Origin: Chiloscyllium plagiosum
Lineage: Eukaryota
Assembly: GCF_004010195.1 (NCBI RefSeq)
Contig: NC_057754.1
Span: forward strand, 10,703,239-10,747,138
Reading direction: 5' to 3'
DNA length: 43,900 nucleotides
Part shown: positions 11,785-22,640 of the stretch, piece by piece
Layout of the letters: each line of letters opens with the position of its first letter
How positions within the stretch are numbered: the first letter of the stretch is position 1
Notes under the pieces: model-generated
What the model saw: the letters and a program-made list of their open reading frames with translations, nothing else
Database searches by the model: none
What the model was told of the DNA's origin: nothing
Program-made: the position numbers and the translations under genes

Positions 11785-12096
11785 GGGCGGCACGGTGGCA
11801 CAGTGGTTAGCACTGTTGCCTCACAGCGCCAGAGACCTGGGTTCAATTCCTGCCTCAGGCAACTGTCTGTGTGGAGTTTGCGCATTCTCCCCGTGTCTAC
11901 ATGGGTTTCCTCCGGATGCTCTGGTTTCCTCCCACAGCCCAAAAATGTGCAGGTTAAGTGAATTGGCCATGCTAAATTCCCTGTAGTGTTAGGTGAAGGG
12001 GTAAATGTAGGAGAATAGGTCTGGGTGGGTTGCGTTTCGGCAGGTTGGTGTGGACTCGTTGGGTCAAAGGGACTGTTTCCACACTGTATGTAATCT
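11785..12096 (+). mobile_element. HE1-like SINE
   Basis: GGGCGGCACGGTGGCACAGTGG head, GGGTTCAATTCC B-box, A-tail. Confidence 0.92.
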
Positions 12097-13954
12097 TAAA
12101 AAAAAAAGTCAAGGCAGGCAGGAGCAACACAGCGAACAAGGTAGGACTAATAAATTAAACTGCATTTATTTCAATGCACGGGGCTTAACAGGGAAGGCAG
12201 ATGAACTCCAGGCATGGTTAGGAACATGGGACTGGGATATCATAGCAATTACAGAAACATGGCTCAGGGATGGGCAGGACTGGCAGCTTAATGTTCCAGG
12301 ATACAAATGCTACAGGAAGTACAGAGAGGGAGGCAAGAGTGGAGGGGGAATGGTGTTTTTGATAAGGGATAGCAATACAGCTGTGCTGAGGGAGAATATT
12401 CCCAGAAATACATCCGGGGAAGTTATTTGGGTTGTACTTAAAAATAAGAAAGTTATGATCACCTTATTGGGCTTGTATTACAGACACCCCAATAGTCAAA
12501 GGGAAATTGAGAAACAAATTTGTAAGTAGATCTCAGTTATCTGTAAGAATAATAGGGTGGTTATGGTAGGGGATTTTAACTTTCCAAACGTAGACTGGGA
12601 CTGCCATTGTGTTAAGGGTTTAGATGGAGAGGAATTTGTTAAATGTGTACAAGAAAATGTTCTGATTCAATATGTGGATGTACCTACTAGAGAAGGTGCA
12701 AAACTTGGCCTACTCTTGGGAAATAGGCTGGGCAGGTGACTGAGGGGTCACTGGAGGAGCACTTTGGGGCCAGTGACCATAATTCTATTAGATTTAAAAT
12801 ACTGATGGAAAAGGATAGACCAGACCTAAAAGTTGCAGTTCTAAATTGGAGGAAGGCTAATTTTGATAGTATTAGGCAAAAACTTTCAGAAGCTGATTGG
12901 GGCAGATGTTGGATGGCTGGAAAATGGGAAGCCTTCAGAAATGAGATTACGAGAATCCAGAGAAAATATATTCCTGTTAGGGTGAAAGGAAAGGCTGGTA
13001 GGTGTAGGGAATGCTTGATGATGAGAGAAATTAAGGGTTTGGTTGAGAAAAGGAAGGAAACATATGTCAGGTATTGACAAGATGGATCAAATGAATCCTT
13101 AGAAGAATATAAAGGCAGTAGGAGTATACTTAAGAGGGAAATCAGGAGGGCAAAAAGGGGACATGAGATCGCTTTGGCAAATAGAGTTAAGGAGAATCCA
13201 AAGGGTTTTTACAAATACATTAAGGACAAAAGGGTAACTAGGGAGAGAATAGGGCCCCTCGAATTCATTCTCAGTCAACTCTTACTCACTGACAGAATCA
13301 CAAAATTAGACACAGAAATGCTCCAACTGCAGTTCCTCATATTCGATCCTCATATTCCCACTTTCTGGAGAAAAACAGAATGCTGCAAAGGTTTCAAAGG
13401 CATTATGAGGACAGGTTATCTTTGAAGAAAGTCATTCTAAGGTGAAATGAACTGTTTGATAGGGCTGGAGCATTTTGAATCTTATTGTCGAATGTGAAAA
13501 TAAAAGGGGAGTGTGGTTAACTGAATCACTCCGTTCACAGGCAGCAGTGTTCCTGGAAACCGAAACGCCTTCCCCTGGGAATGTGAATGGGCGGTATTTG
13601 CGACCGTTGCAGCGGGTGTCGAGATCTCAGTCTCTTGCATTCAGGACTTTGTACCAGAAAAACTAGACGCTGCAACAAAGGCAAAAATCAAACGTTTGCA
13701 TTATGTTGACAACAGTAAAACCTGAATGAAAATAATATTGTGACAAAAGGCATTAAATTACGAATAAGTATGGCATAGACTTTTAAATGTTACTTTGTGT
13801 ACAATGTTTGTGCATCTCCTACTGCATCTGTGTATGTATCTCTGTATTCATCTGTGTGTGTTCTACGTGTGTATGTGTGTGTGTATGCCCGTTTGTGTGC
13901 ATCCCCTGCTTGCAATGAGAGAATTGTGTTCCTTTATTTCTGTATGCTTCTTTA

Positions 13955-14533
13955 TGTGATGTTTTGTCCAGTCTTCTTTTAAGAGAGACATTGAGCTGGC
14001 TACTGAAGACTACTTGATTAGACAGCTCGGGAGGACGAGGGTGTTTTTGTTCGGCTGCCTGAATGGGTGTGGCCAGCTGTCACAGGTCAGGATGTCTAAG
14101 TCAGAAGCTTTTGGGGTCCCAAAAGAGTTGAGGGCATCGGTGTGTCGCCTGGCTGCTGCAGTCTGAATTTTCTCTTGTTTTTTTATTCCTCTTTAATAGG
14201 TGAACTACATGTGAGAATCTGCGTTTGAAATTTCCTTTTTGCCAAGGACTTTGTTTATGGGAAGTTACTGTATTGGAACAGTTAATTAGTAATAATTAAT
14301 GTATCTATTATTCTGTTAAGTTTTCCAGGAGTTGTTATTCTAAATTTTGTCTTTCTTTATTTGTGTTTGAACTACAATGGTTAAATAAATTGTGTTTTGC
14401 TTAACGTCGAGTAGTTTGACCAGTCCCATTGTATCTGGAACAGATACTTTACATTTGCCTTTAAAATAAGAAAAAATTAGGGTCTGAACTACTTTCGTGA
14501 AATATTTTGAGGGGATCTGGTCTGGCCCATAGA
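13955..14533 (+). mobile_element. Solo LTR-like element (copy 1)
   Basis: Colinear with 40489-41096; AATAAA in the 3' third; the other copy begins TGTTGTAAC, both end GGTCTGG.CCATA.. Confidence 0.5.
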
Positions 14534-14723
14534 AAAATGTACATGCACGGATCTCTGTCTGCAATGAGAGATATTTTATGGGGAATGAATGAATTAAAAA
14601 AAAATGAAAGTCCCCCTCTGTCTATTTCTGTCTCTTTCTGTTCTGCGTAAAGTGACACAATACTACACACTGCTGGTGGCACGATGGCACAGCACAGACG
14701 GAGAGTGAAAATCATGAGGGATT

Positions 14724-14739
14724 CCGACAGAGGGCAGCA
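14724..14739 (+). promoter_or_regulatory. CTCF-like motif
   Basis: CCGACAGAGGGCAGCA fits CCRSYAGRKGGCRS with one mismatch; identical at 41284-41299. Confidence 0.5.
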
Positions 14740-15155
14740 CCACCTACACTGACAGCACAATCAATTCACAAACAGGCTCAGCGTGGAGTTCTTCAGGGGC
14801 GCCAAGAGACTATTTAATGGAAAGGTTCTTTTTTGCTTCTGTCCTACAAGTTTTTCAATAGACTTTTAAGATTCAGAGAAAACGGCTGAAGTGAATGTAC
14901 AACACTGCTCACAATCCCTGCAATATGATGTTAACTTGAATTCCTGGAACATTGTGGACTAAACCCAGTAGTCCTTGAAGATGCATTCCCTCCAAGTGTT
15001 TCTTGACATCACATGGAGTGAACCGAATTGGCTGAAGACTAATATCTGATTCGCTGTTGGTTTCCTTCCCCATATTTAACCTGAAGTCATGACACTTCAT
15101 GGGATCTGGAGTCAATGTTCAAGACGCTCATGCCATCTCTGTCTCGACTGTCAAT

Positions 15156-15330
15156 CCCAGTGCATTATAGACTCTGTGATACGGTGCACAGAGGGAGCTG
15201 TAAAACGAATTGAGCATGGTGTGAGAACAGATGGACAATGATACACAGCACGGAATGAGCTGTACAAAACCTGAATATGACGGGATTTCAGAGTGGTACA
15301 GCGCACGCGAAAGTCATGAAACGTGTTTCA
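15156..15330 (+). promoter_or_regulatory. Tandem 23-RSS-like cluster (copy 1)
   Basis: CTCTGTG(15172)-23-AAAACGAAT; GACAATG(15234)-23-ACAAAACCT(15264-15272); third decayed unit near 15290. Confidence 0.6.
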
Positions 15331-15711
15331 CTAATGCCTATTCAGTTTACCTTAGTTGTGGTATTGTTGGTAAATGTAATTTAGCTCACATTGTTTGCAT
15401 TTCTGTGCTTGTTCCTCATTGTCGGTAATGTTAACACAATTTGATGAACCTATTCCCTGAAGATTTCGTTTAGTTGTCATTTTTGCTGCGTTATGCATTT
15501 ATTATAATAAAATATACATTTGCTAAATTCAGTCAGGATCCCAGTTAAACTCAGTTTTCGCCAGCATGATTAGCGATAATACAGGGACTTGCTCTCATGC
15601 ATTTCGCTAATTTGCCCTATGTCCATGAGTTTGGTTATTATCAATTCCAGTGACATCTTGGATCATGTCTCCAATCTCCTCAAATCCACTCCGTCCTCTC
15701 AATTGCAAAAC

Positions 15712-16110
15712 AGTTAGATAGATAGATAGGTAGGTAGGTAGGTAGGTAGGTAGGTAGATGAATGCATAGGTAGGTAGGTAGATGAATGCATAGGTAGATA
15801 GATAGATGAATGCATAGGTAGATAGTTAGATGAGTGCGTAGGTAGAGAGATAGATGAATGCGTAGATAGATAGATAGATGAATGCGGTTGAATTGATAGA
15901 TAGATAGATACACAGAGAGAGACAGATAGATAGTTAGATAGTGACAGAATCATAGATAGAGTGATAGGTAAATAGATGAATATGTAAGTAGATGGATAGA
16001 CAGATATATTGATAGATGGATGTATAGATAGATGAATACATAGATAGATGGATAGATAGATGAATACACAGATAGATAGATAGACTGACAGATGGATAGA
16101 TAGAAAGAAA
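15712..16110 (+). repeat. Compound (GATA)n/(GGTA)n microsatellite with recurring AGATGAATGCATAG unit
   Basis: Directly visible. Confidence 0.97.
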
Positions 16111-16555
16111 GAAAATAGCACAAAGTATCTGCAGACTTTCGTTAGGAAAAACAATCTTCATCCACTGTGAAGTCATGCTGGGGAAAACTGAGGAAGGAAC
16201 ATTAGGACGAGAGCATAAAGGAATGGAGAGAAGGAGGACGAAAATGGTAAAAAAAAAACCCAGCATGAACATCGATCCTGCTATTTCCGTGACCCCAGGA
16301 CTACCCAAATTATTTTTCAGTTACTAATCCTTTCGTGCTTTGGCAGCAAATGTGCCAAGGTAAGATTCTGCAATTGGATGGGTGAATAATCAGGAACCTG
16401 TCTTCTGTGGTGTTGAACAGGGATATATATTGTCCCAGATCCCAGGAGCAGAATTCTGTCTTTTCATTTTGATGAAATCGTGGGTTATTTTCCATTCCAA
16501 GTGAAAGGGTCAGAAGAACAGTGATTGACTATGTATTCTCAAAACTCTGCATTCT

Positions 16556-16561
16556 TTTATT
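16556..16561 (-). terminator. Candidate polyadenylation signal of the GPCR
   Basis: AATAAA on the minus strand about 175 nt after the stop codon. Confidence 0.4.
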
Positions 16562-16735
16562 GAGCATTCTATCAGTATTCAGAGCAGAGTGCTGTGGCAT
16601 TAGCATTTGGAATTGATGCCTCCTACATCCAAAAGGCTTTTCACAAAATTTTCTGAGACCATGGAAAGATTGTAATGCCGTGAGCCACACTAATAGAAAT
16701 CAAATAAGTGGAGACATCATTCTGATTTACCACTG

Positions 16736-17631
16736 TTAAAAACAAGCAGCGAGCCTGGTGAAAGGACCTATCAGCAAGTTCTTCAGCTCCTCTCGGAACT
16801 TTTTCTGTGATACCGCATAGATAAAGACGTTATTACAACAGCTGAGAAACGTGAGCATTATGGCTGTCTCTTGAAGGACATATTGCACATTGTTGGTATT
16901 CAGGCTCGTGAAATACCCCTCCCCTGTCACCCGCACATAGAGGAAATGCCCGACATATGTGACCCAAAGGAGGAGGAAGCTGAGAGAGATGGCAAAGAGC
17001 AGCACAATGGACCTCCTGCGGTTGGTCATCTCCTGGTCTTCACGATTGTCAGTGCTGTGGAGCCTTCTGCGGGCTCTGTTGGCTTCGAGGATGTGTCTTA
17101 CTGTCAAGGCATTGAGCATCAGAATGAGGAGGAATGGCAGAAAAGGAGTGAGGATATGATCCAGCCAATCATACGCCTGCCAGATGGTTGAGGTGTAGAA
17201 GATAGATTTGATGTCACAGAACCAGGGCACTCCATCTAAGATATACAAAGGCTTGTAGATGAAGTATAAAGGGATGTTCTTGATATAGCTCAGGACACAG
17301 ATTATTCCAATGATCAGTGATGCAGTTTTCTCAGTGCAGTATCTGGTCTTCAAGTTCTGGCAGCAGATGGCTATGAAACGGTCGACGGTAAAGGCCACTG
17401 TCAGCCATACTGAGCTATCCCTTGTAGAATAAACAAGCACCGGGCTGATACTGCACACGGGGGTGGTGGACAGGACACTGTTCCTAAAGTAGATACGGCT
17501 GATCCGGTTGAGAATGACAGCTGTAATGATCACAAGTAAATCATTCACTGCTATCGCCACCAGGTAGTAGGTGATGCACCAAGAGAGACCACACCGTCCT
17601 CGGATTAAGATTGGAATTGCAAGGAAGTTGG
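16736..17631 (-). CDS. Class A orphan GPCR, GPR139/GPR142-like, coding exon 2
   Basis: Acceptor TTTTTTATCTCTCACAG|CC AAC; open frame (A)NFLAIPILIRGRCGLSWCITYYLVAIAVNDLL...TPVC...FTVDRFIAICC...PWFC...LTPFLPF...RRRSIVLLFAISLSFLLLW...SCCNNVFIYAVSQKKFREEL; TAA at 16738-16736; 896 nt. Confidence 0.93.
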
Positions 17632-18087
17632 CTGTGAGAGATAAAAAAGAAATGATGTTCCTAATTGAACCCCAGTTACTACATCAAGCTACAAGCAACT
17701 GATATCCAAAAGACTTGCCCACTTGCCATCCGCAGACTGAATATTATTCTTTCTGATGACTAATTCAATCTTCATGGCAAGTTAATGAACTTAATCCAGA
17801 TTTGTTTTCTCTGTTCATTATATTAATCAAACCAAGTCAGACTATCCATCAACAATATGCTAGCTGGCTCCAAATGGATCCCTCTCCAGGAATATCTTGA
17901 TCTCAATAATCATCACCTTCAAATTTTCATATGTTTCCATAGTCTTGCTTGTTATTTCCTACAATTGCTGAAATAATTTTTGGGTCTCAGAATACTTTCA
18001 ATTCTGTCGTATTATTATTCCTTGATATTACTCCCGTCATCACTGTTAATCATGTTATTAGCCACTAAGAGCCTAATCTCTACAATT

Positions 18088-18430
18088 ATGGTGACACAAT
18101 GGCTCAGTGGTTAGCACTGCTGCCTCACAGTACCGGGGGCCCTCGTTCAAATCCAGCCCTCAGGCGACTGCCTGTGTGGGGCTTGCACATTCGCCCCCGT
18201 GTGTGTGAATATCTTCCGATGCTCCAATTTCCTCCCACAGTCCAACAATGTGCAGGTTAGATGAATTGGCAGTGCTAAATTGCCCACAGTGTTTCAGGAT
18301 GTGTAGGCTAGTTGCATTGGTTCAGGGAAATATTGAGTACGGGGAGTGGTTGTGGGGATACTCTTTGGTGGGTCATTGTGGACTTGTTGGTCTAAAAAGC
18401 CTGTTTCCCCACTGTACGGAATCTATGATT
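18088..18430 (+). mobile_element. HE1-like SINE (older copy) in the GPCR intron
   Basis: TGGCTCAGTGGTTAGCACTGCTGCCTCACAG head, same body as the other copies. Confidence 0.88.
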
Positions 18431-19366
18431 ACATCTCACAACTACTGCCTCTCTTCTTCTTTTTAAGGTTGTTGCTTTAGACATAGTTCATTGATGAAAC
18501 GTTGGGTTAATTCTTTTCTTGAACCATTTGTTGTCAAATTTGCTTGTAAAAGGCCCTTAAACCCAATCCCCATAAACACTGAAGTGCCTGAAGAAACAAG
18601 CACAGGTCCAGCTTCTCAACTGAAATCTAGTGATAAGCAAGTGATGTTGACCCTTCCAACATTAGCAACATCCAGCTGATGATTGAAATTTAATTAAGCT
18701 AATTATCCAAATTAAAAGCCAAATCCTCAATCCTATGAGTAGAATATAAAGATGTGAAACGTTTAAAAATCTTGGATCTCTAACTTTTAACGAAGTTCAT
18801 TATTAATTTTTAAGATCTGCTCAGAGAGATTGGTTGCACCATTTGAGGGACTAATTACCCGTTATTACCATTTATTTGACATAATAATCATACTCTAATA
18901 ATCCATTTGTGAACACTATAATAAGATGAGCGCATGAAATAAGTTTAAGAGCAGAAAAAATGATATTTTGACACTTGTGATAAGGTTTTATTCCACACCT
19001 TACTAAAGGTACTGGAATTGGTTTATGAAATTGGAATAAAACATAATGTTCAATAATGTAAACAAAACTGTTCATGCATATGCCACAAGTCATAGATTAG
19101 CAATCTGATAAATTGCATTTCCTTTAAGGTGTAGCATTATAGTTTCAATAGTACTATCAACGTTTCATGGTACAAGCTTCAATTGCTGTGTGATTTATTA
19201 TAATGGTATAATACTCGATGATTCGCCTGCATAAATCTTAGAACCTGTTTACAATCCCTTACAGCACTAAATATTTGAATAATTTAGTCTGCTCTATAAA
19301 GGGAAGTTAAAACATTTCTTTAAATTTACAGCATCATAAATTCATTATTTGTTATCCATTGCTTAC

Positions 19367-19436
19367 CAGGAACACCCACGGCAGCCAGAATGGGGTAGCA
19401 GATGGCATAGAAGAGACCCTTTGTCGGTGTGTGCAT
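19367..19436 (-). CDS. Class A orphan GPCR, GPR139/GPR142-like, coding exon 1
   Basis: ATG at 19436; MHTPTKGLFYAICYPILAAVGVP plus 1 nt, donor G|GTAAGC; the phase-1 join to exon 2 rebuilds TM1 (GVPANFL); 70+896 = 966 nt = 321 aa plus stop. Confidence 0.9.
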
Positions 19437-19589
19437 GATTTTTCTCAAACTAAGAGAACTAAACGAATTCTGAAATTTTTAGAAGCAAGCTCTGTGATGA
19501 AGCACCCCTCAGTTATGACAAGTGGCATTCTCTGGAGGGACAATTAGGTTGCAATATATCAACTTACAAACAAATTAACTCATGGTTTC

Positions 19590-19875
19590 ATGCCTGGCCA
19601 AACGTACACAGTCTATCATCTGGAAGTACAATGGAAGCAGAAACATAAGAACACTACCACCTGCACACATCTCTCCAGGACGCTCATAAAATCCTGAAAT
19701 GGAACCACGTCACCATTGCTTCACTGATATTAACGGAAAATTATTGAAATCACTTCCAAACAGCAACGTGGGTATCCTTGAAGGCAATTCACCACCACCA
19801 TTCGGGCGATTAAAAATGGACAAAGATGTGGCACAGCTAGCAGTTCACACATCCCATAAAAGAACAATAAAAATA
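19590..19875 (+). mobile_element. Old LINE 3' end / Deu-SacSINE-type tail
   Basis: AAGGCAATTCACCACCACC...CACATCCCATAAAAGAACAATAAAAA tail; related decayed tails at about 23090-23330 and 28230-28420. Confidence 0.55.
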
Positions 19876-20739
19876 ATGATTTCTAATGATGACGTTGGTA
19901 AAGTGGATTCTTCTGCCATATATGTGGAGGACCTGCTGTGGATAAAATCTGCATCACTCCCGCAAGCCTTTGAGTCTTCATTAAATGGGGCAAATGATGG
20001 TTTGAGCTGAGATCCGATTCCAAAGCAAACCAACCTGCCTCATCCAACTTTCCAGCATTTGGTCCACAGCCCGGCAGGGTGCAGGACTTGAGGTGCATAT
20101 CCAGAGAGATTTAAACTTCATTATTCACCTGTGGAAAAATGTTTTTCCTCATGACTCATCCAAACTTTCTGCCAATCTCTTTAAATCTCTGATCCTCCAA
20201 TCACCACCATCACTGTTAAGGCTTGCAAGACCTTCACGTTCACACATCTCGGTCCCACTCAATTTTGTAAATCAAATCTCCCCTCAGCCTCCGTCATTCA
20301 AAGAGAACATTGCAATAATTTTCTTCCAAATACCTACATTTCTTCGTTCTGATGAAAGGGAATACAATGTTCTTTTGTACTCTCTCCAATACAATTTAAT
20401 TCTTTCTCTAATGAGGTTGCCAGCGCAGTGTAATCTACTCAAGTTGCAACCTAAAAGTGATTTTTACAGTTACATTATCCTTTAATAGGATTTGAGCATT
20501 ATTGTCAATACCAGCTTTGTTTGTCGTCTGTAATTGTTCTTCAATGTAATACTTTCAAGACCATTTCAGAGAACAGGGAAGAGTGTGCTACTATGAGTAA
20601 TAGGGTCACAGAGGTGGACAGCATAGAAAAAAGGCTCTTAAGGTCATTCAATTTCCACCAATCAAAACCAACTACCTAATTGCTCCAATTCCAGGTGTCT
20701 ACGTTGTTTCATAGGCTAGAAGAATATGAAGAGCAGTAA

Positions 20740-20985
20740 TTATAAGAGTAAGAATGGCTGATGTTCTTTCCTAACGGGCGCCAATAAACCAAAAGAACTT
20801 TTATGACTATCAATGCTCGATACCATGGACACTATTATGGAGATAAGTTCTATATTGCAGATTTGTCAATTCATTATTCATTATACCAGCTACTATGTGG
20901 GATTTGAATGCAAAATCCCACCGTTTATATTTGGAACTCTGGATTTCTTCTCCACTGGCATTTAAAATTACATGATCATCACTCT
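20740..20985 (-). mobile_element. Old SacSINE/DeuSINE-like element
   Basis: TTCTTTCCTAACGGGCGCCAATAAACC...GTGGGATTTGAA pattern matches the reverse complement of this SINE type. Confidence 0.45.
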
Positions 20986-21577
20986 CAAGATTATCCAGTT
21001 CTTATATTCTGTATCTTGGCTAATAAAGGGAAGGGTTTCCTTTGCCACCTTAGCTACCACTTCTACCTGGTACTTTAGTGAATTGAATCAAATCTGTATT
21101 GGCAAGCTCCAGCAACGATCTTAGTGTCGGGGGCATCAGTAGATGGGAGATGGTGCCGGAGTGGTGACTCTTTTTGAAGTGATGGCAGCATAGTGGTAGG
21201 GACTCCTGGATGGCCACTGGACACATGGTCCACAGTGGAGCACTTAACAAGAATGGCTGTGAAGTTGAATGATGTTTCTTTATTTCTACATGTTTTTGTC
21301 TTTGTGTTCTCTGTCTTAATTATTTTTTCTGTAATTTAAGATGGTGCTGGAGAGTGGTTGCACTGTACAACACTTTTCCTGCATTTTGTAACAAAATGCA
21401 CGTGACAATAAATAAAATAAAAATAAAATGTATAATGTTCTCCACATCATTCAAAATTCATCCAATAATTCTGAATTTTTATTACCTTGTACAACATCAT
21501 GAAATGCATCATGTCACACATCTTTGGATTGTAACGTATTTGTGACTATTCGTCCCACCTGACCAATTTATTGGCAT

Positions 21578-22640
21578 TAGCGAGTTTGGAGAAGATTTGT
21601 AGCTCAGATTGAGGTTCTGGATGTAGGTTTGCTGCTGAGCTGGAAGGTTCATTTCCAGACGTTTTGTCACCCCACTAGGTAACATATTCAGTGGGCCTCC
21701 AGGCGAAGCACTATTGGTAATTCCTGCTTGCTATTTATATGTTTGAGTTTCTTTGGGTTGATGATGTCATTTTCTGTGGTGACATCATTTCCTTTGGTGA
21801 CATAATTTCCTGTTATTTTTCTCAAGGGGTGCTAGATGGGGTCTAACTCAATGTGTTTGTTGAAAGAGTTCCAGTTGGAATGCCATGCTTCTAATAATGC
21901 TCGTGTGTGTCTCCATTTGGCTTGTCCTAGAATGGACGTGTTGTCCCAGTCGAAGTGGTATCCTTCCTCATCTGTATGTAAGGATACTAATGATAGAGGG
22001 TCATGTCGTTTTGTGGCTAGTTGATGTTCAGGTATCCTGGTGGCTAGTTTTCTGGCAGTTTGTCCAATGTCGTGTTTGTTACGGTCCTTGCACGTTTTTT
22101 TGTAAATAACATTAGGTTTGGGTTTTGTCTGTATAGGGTCTTTCAAGTTCATTAGCTGCTGTTTTAATGTGTTGGTGGGTTTATGGGCTACCATGATGCC
22201 AAGGGGTATGAGTAATCTGGCAGTCATTTCCGAGATGTCTTTGATGTAGGGGAGAGTGGCTAGAGTTTCTGAACATGTTTTGTCTGCTTGTTTGTGTTTG
22301 TTACTGAAAAACCTGAGGACTGCGTTCATTGGGTACCTGTTCTTTTTGAATACTCTGTATAGATGATTTTCCTTTGCCCTGCGTAGTTCCTCTGTGCTGC
22401 AGTGTGTGATGGCTCGTTGAAATAATGTTCTGACGCAGCTTCATTTGTGGATGTTGGAGTGATTGCTTCTGTAGTTCAAAATTTGGTCTGTATGTGTTGT
22501 TTTCCTGTAGACGCTGGTTTGAAGTTCCCCACTGGATGTTCGCTCTACTGTGACATCTAGGAATGGAAGTTTGTGTGGTTTTCCTCCTCTTTTATGCCAT
22601 TAAGGGTATTATTGATGGTCTTGAAGGTTTCCTCTAATTT
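21578..22640 (-). mobile_element. Penelope-like retroelement 3' part (RT C-terminus, GIY-YIG endonuclease, pLTR)
   Basis: ATLPYIKDISE...NVIYKKTCKD...IGQTARKLATRIPEH...LLEAWHS (GIY-YIG); upstream RT thumb FLDVTV..VYRKTTHT. Confidence 0.9.
21655..21694 (-). ncRNA. Minimal hammerhead ribozyme motif, core-mutated
   Basis: CCA-CTGAATA-T-GTTACC-TAGTGG-GGTGAC-AAAA-CGTC-TGG: stems I and II pair, ACGT palindrome, GUC site; both core boxes mutated. Confidence 0.6.

Larger units (their letters stand above)
10390..13260 (+). mobile_element. 5' part of a CR1 LINE (5' UTR, deleted ORF1, endonuclease) interrupted by two SINEs
   Basis: ORF1 start ATGGCCTTTAGTAGAGTG (MAFSRVI.SSCRM) near 10907; esterase RIKDVSERV; endonuclease CIYFNARGL, IAITETWL, VGDFNFPNVDW, SDHNSI; ends at RERIGPL. 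Confidence 0.85.
13960..16110 (+). repeat. Segmental duplication, copy 1 (3' flank of the GPCR)
   Basis: Colinear with 40505-43900 through the LTR-like element, unique DNA, LINE fragment, RSS-like cluster and GATA satellite. Confidence 0.92.

Noticed and set aside
14604..14653. ATG...MKVPLCLFLSLSVL plus GTAAAG, resembling a leader exon
   Set aside because: The duplicate copy lacks the frame and the donor, no V exon follows, and the hydrophobicity comes from a CT-rich tract.
15680..16308. ORFs rich in YLSI/IHLS
   Set aside because: Translations of the GATA microsatellite.
16871..17191. Plus-strand ORFs overlapping the GPCR
   Set aside because: Antisense shadows of the real coding exon.
20348..20362. 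CTGATGA words here and near 25640 as hammerhead cores
   Set aside because: No stem II followed by GAAA and a cleavage triplet.
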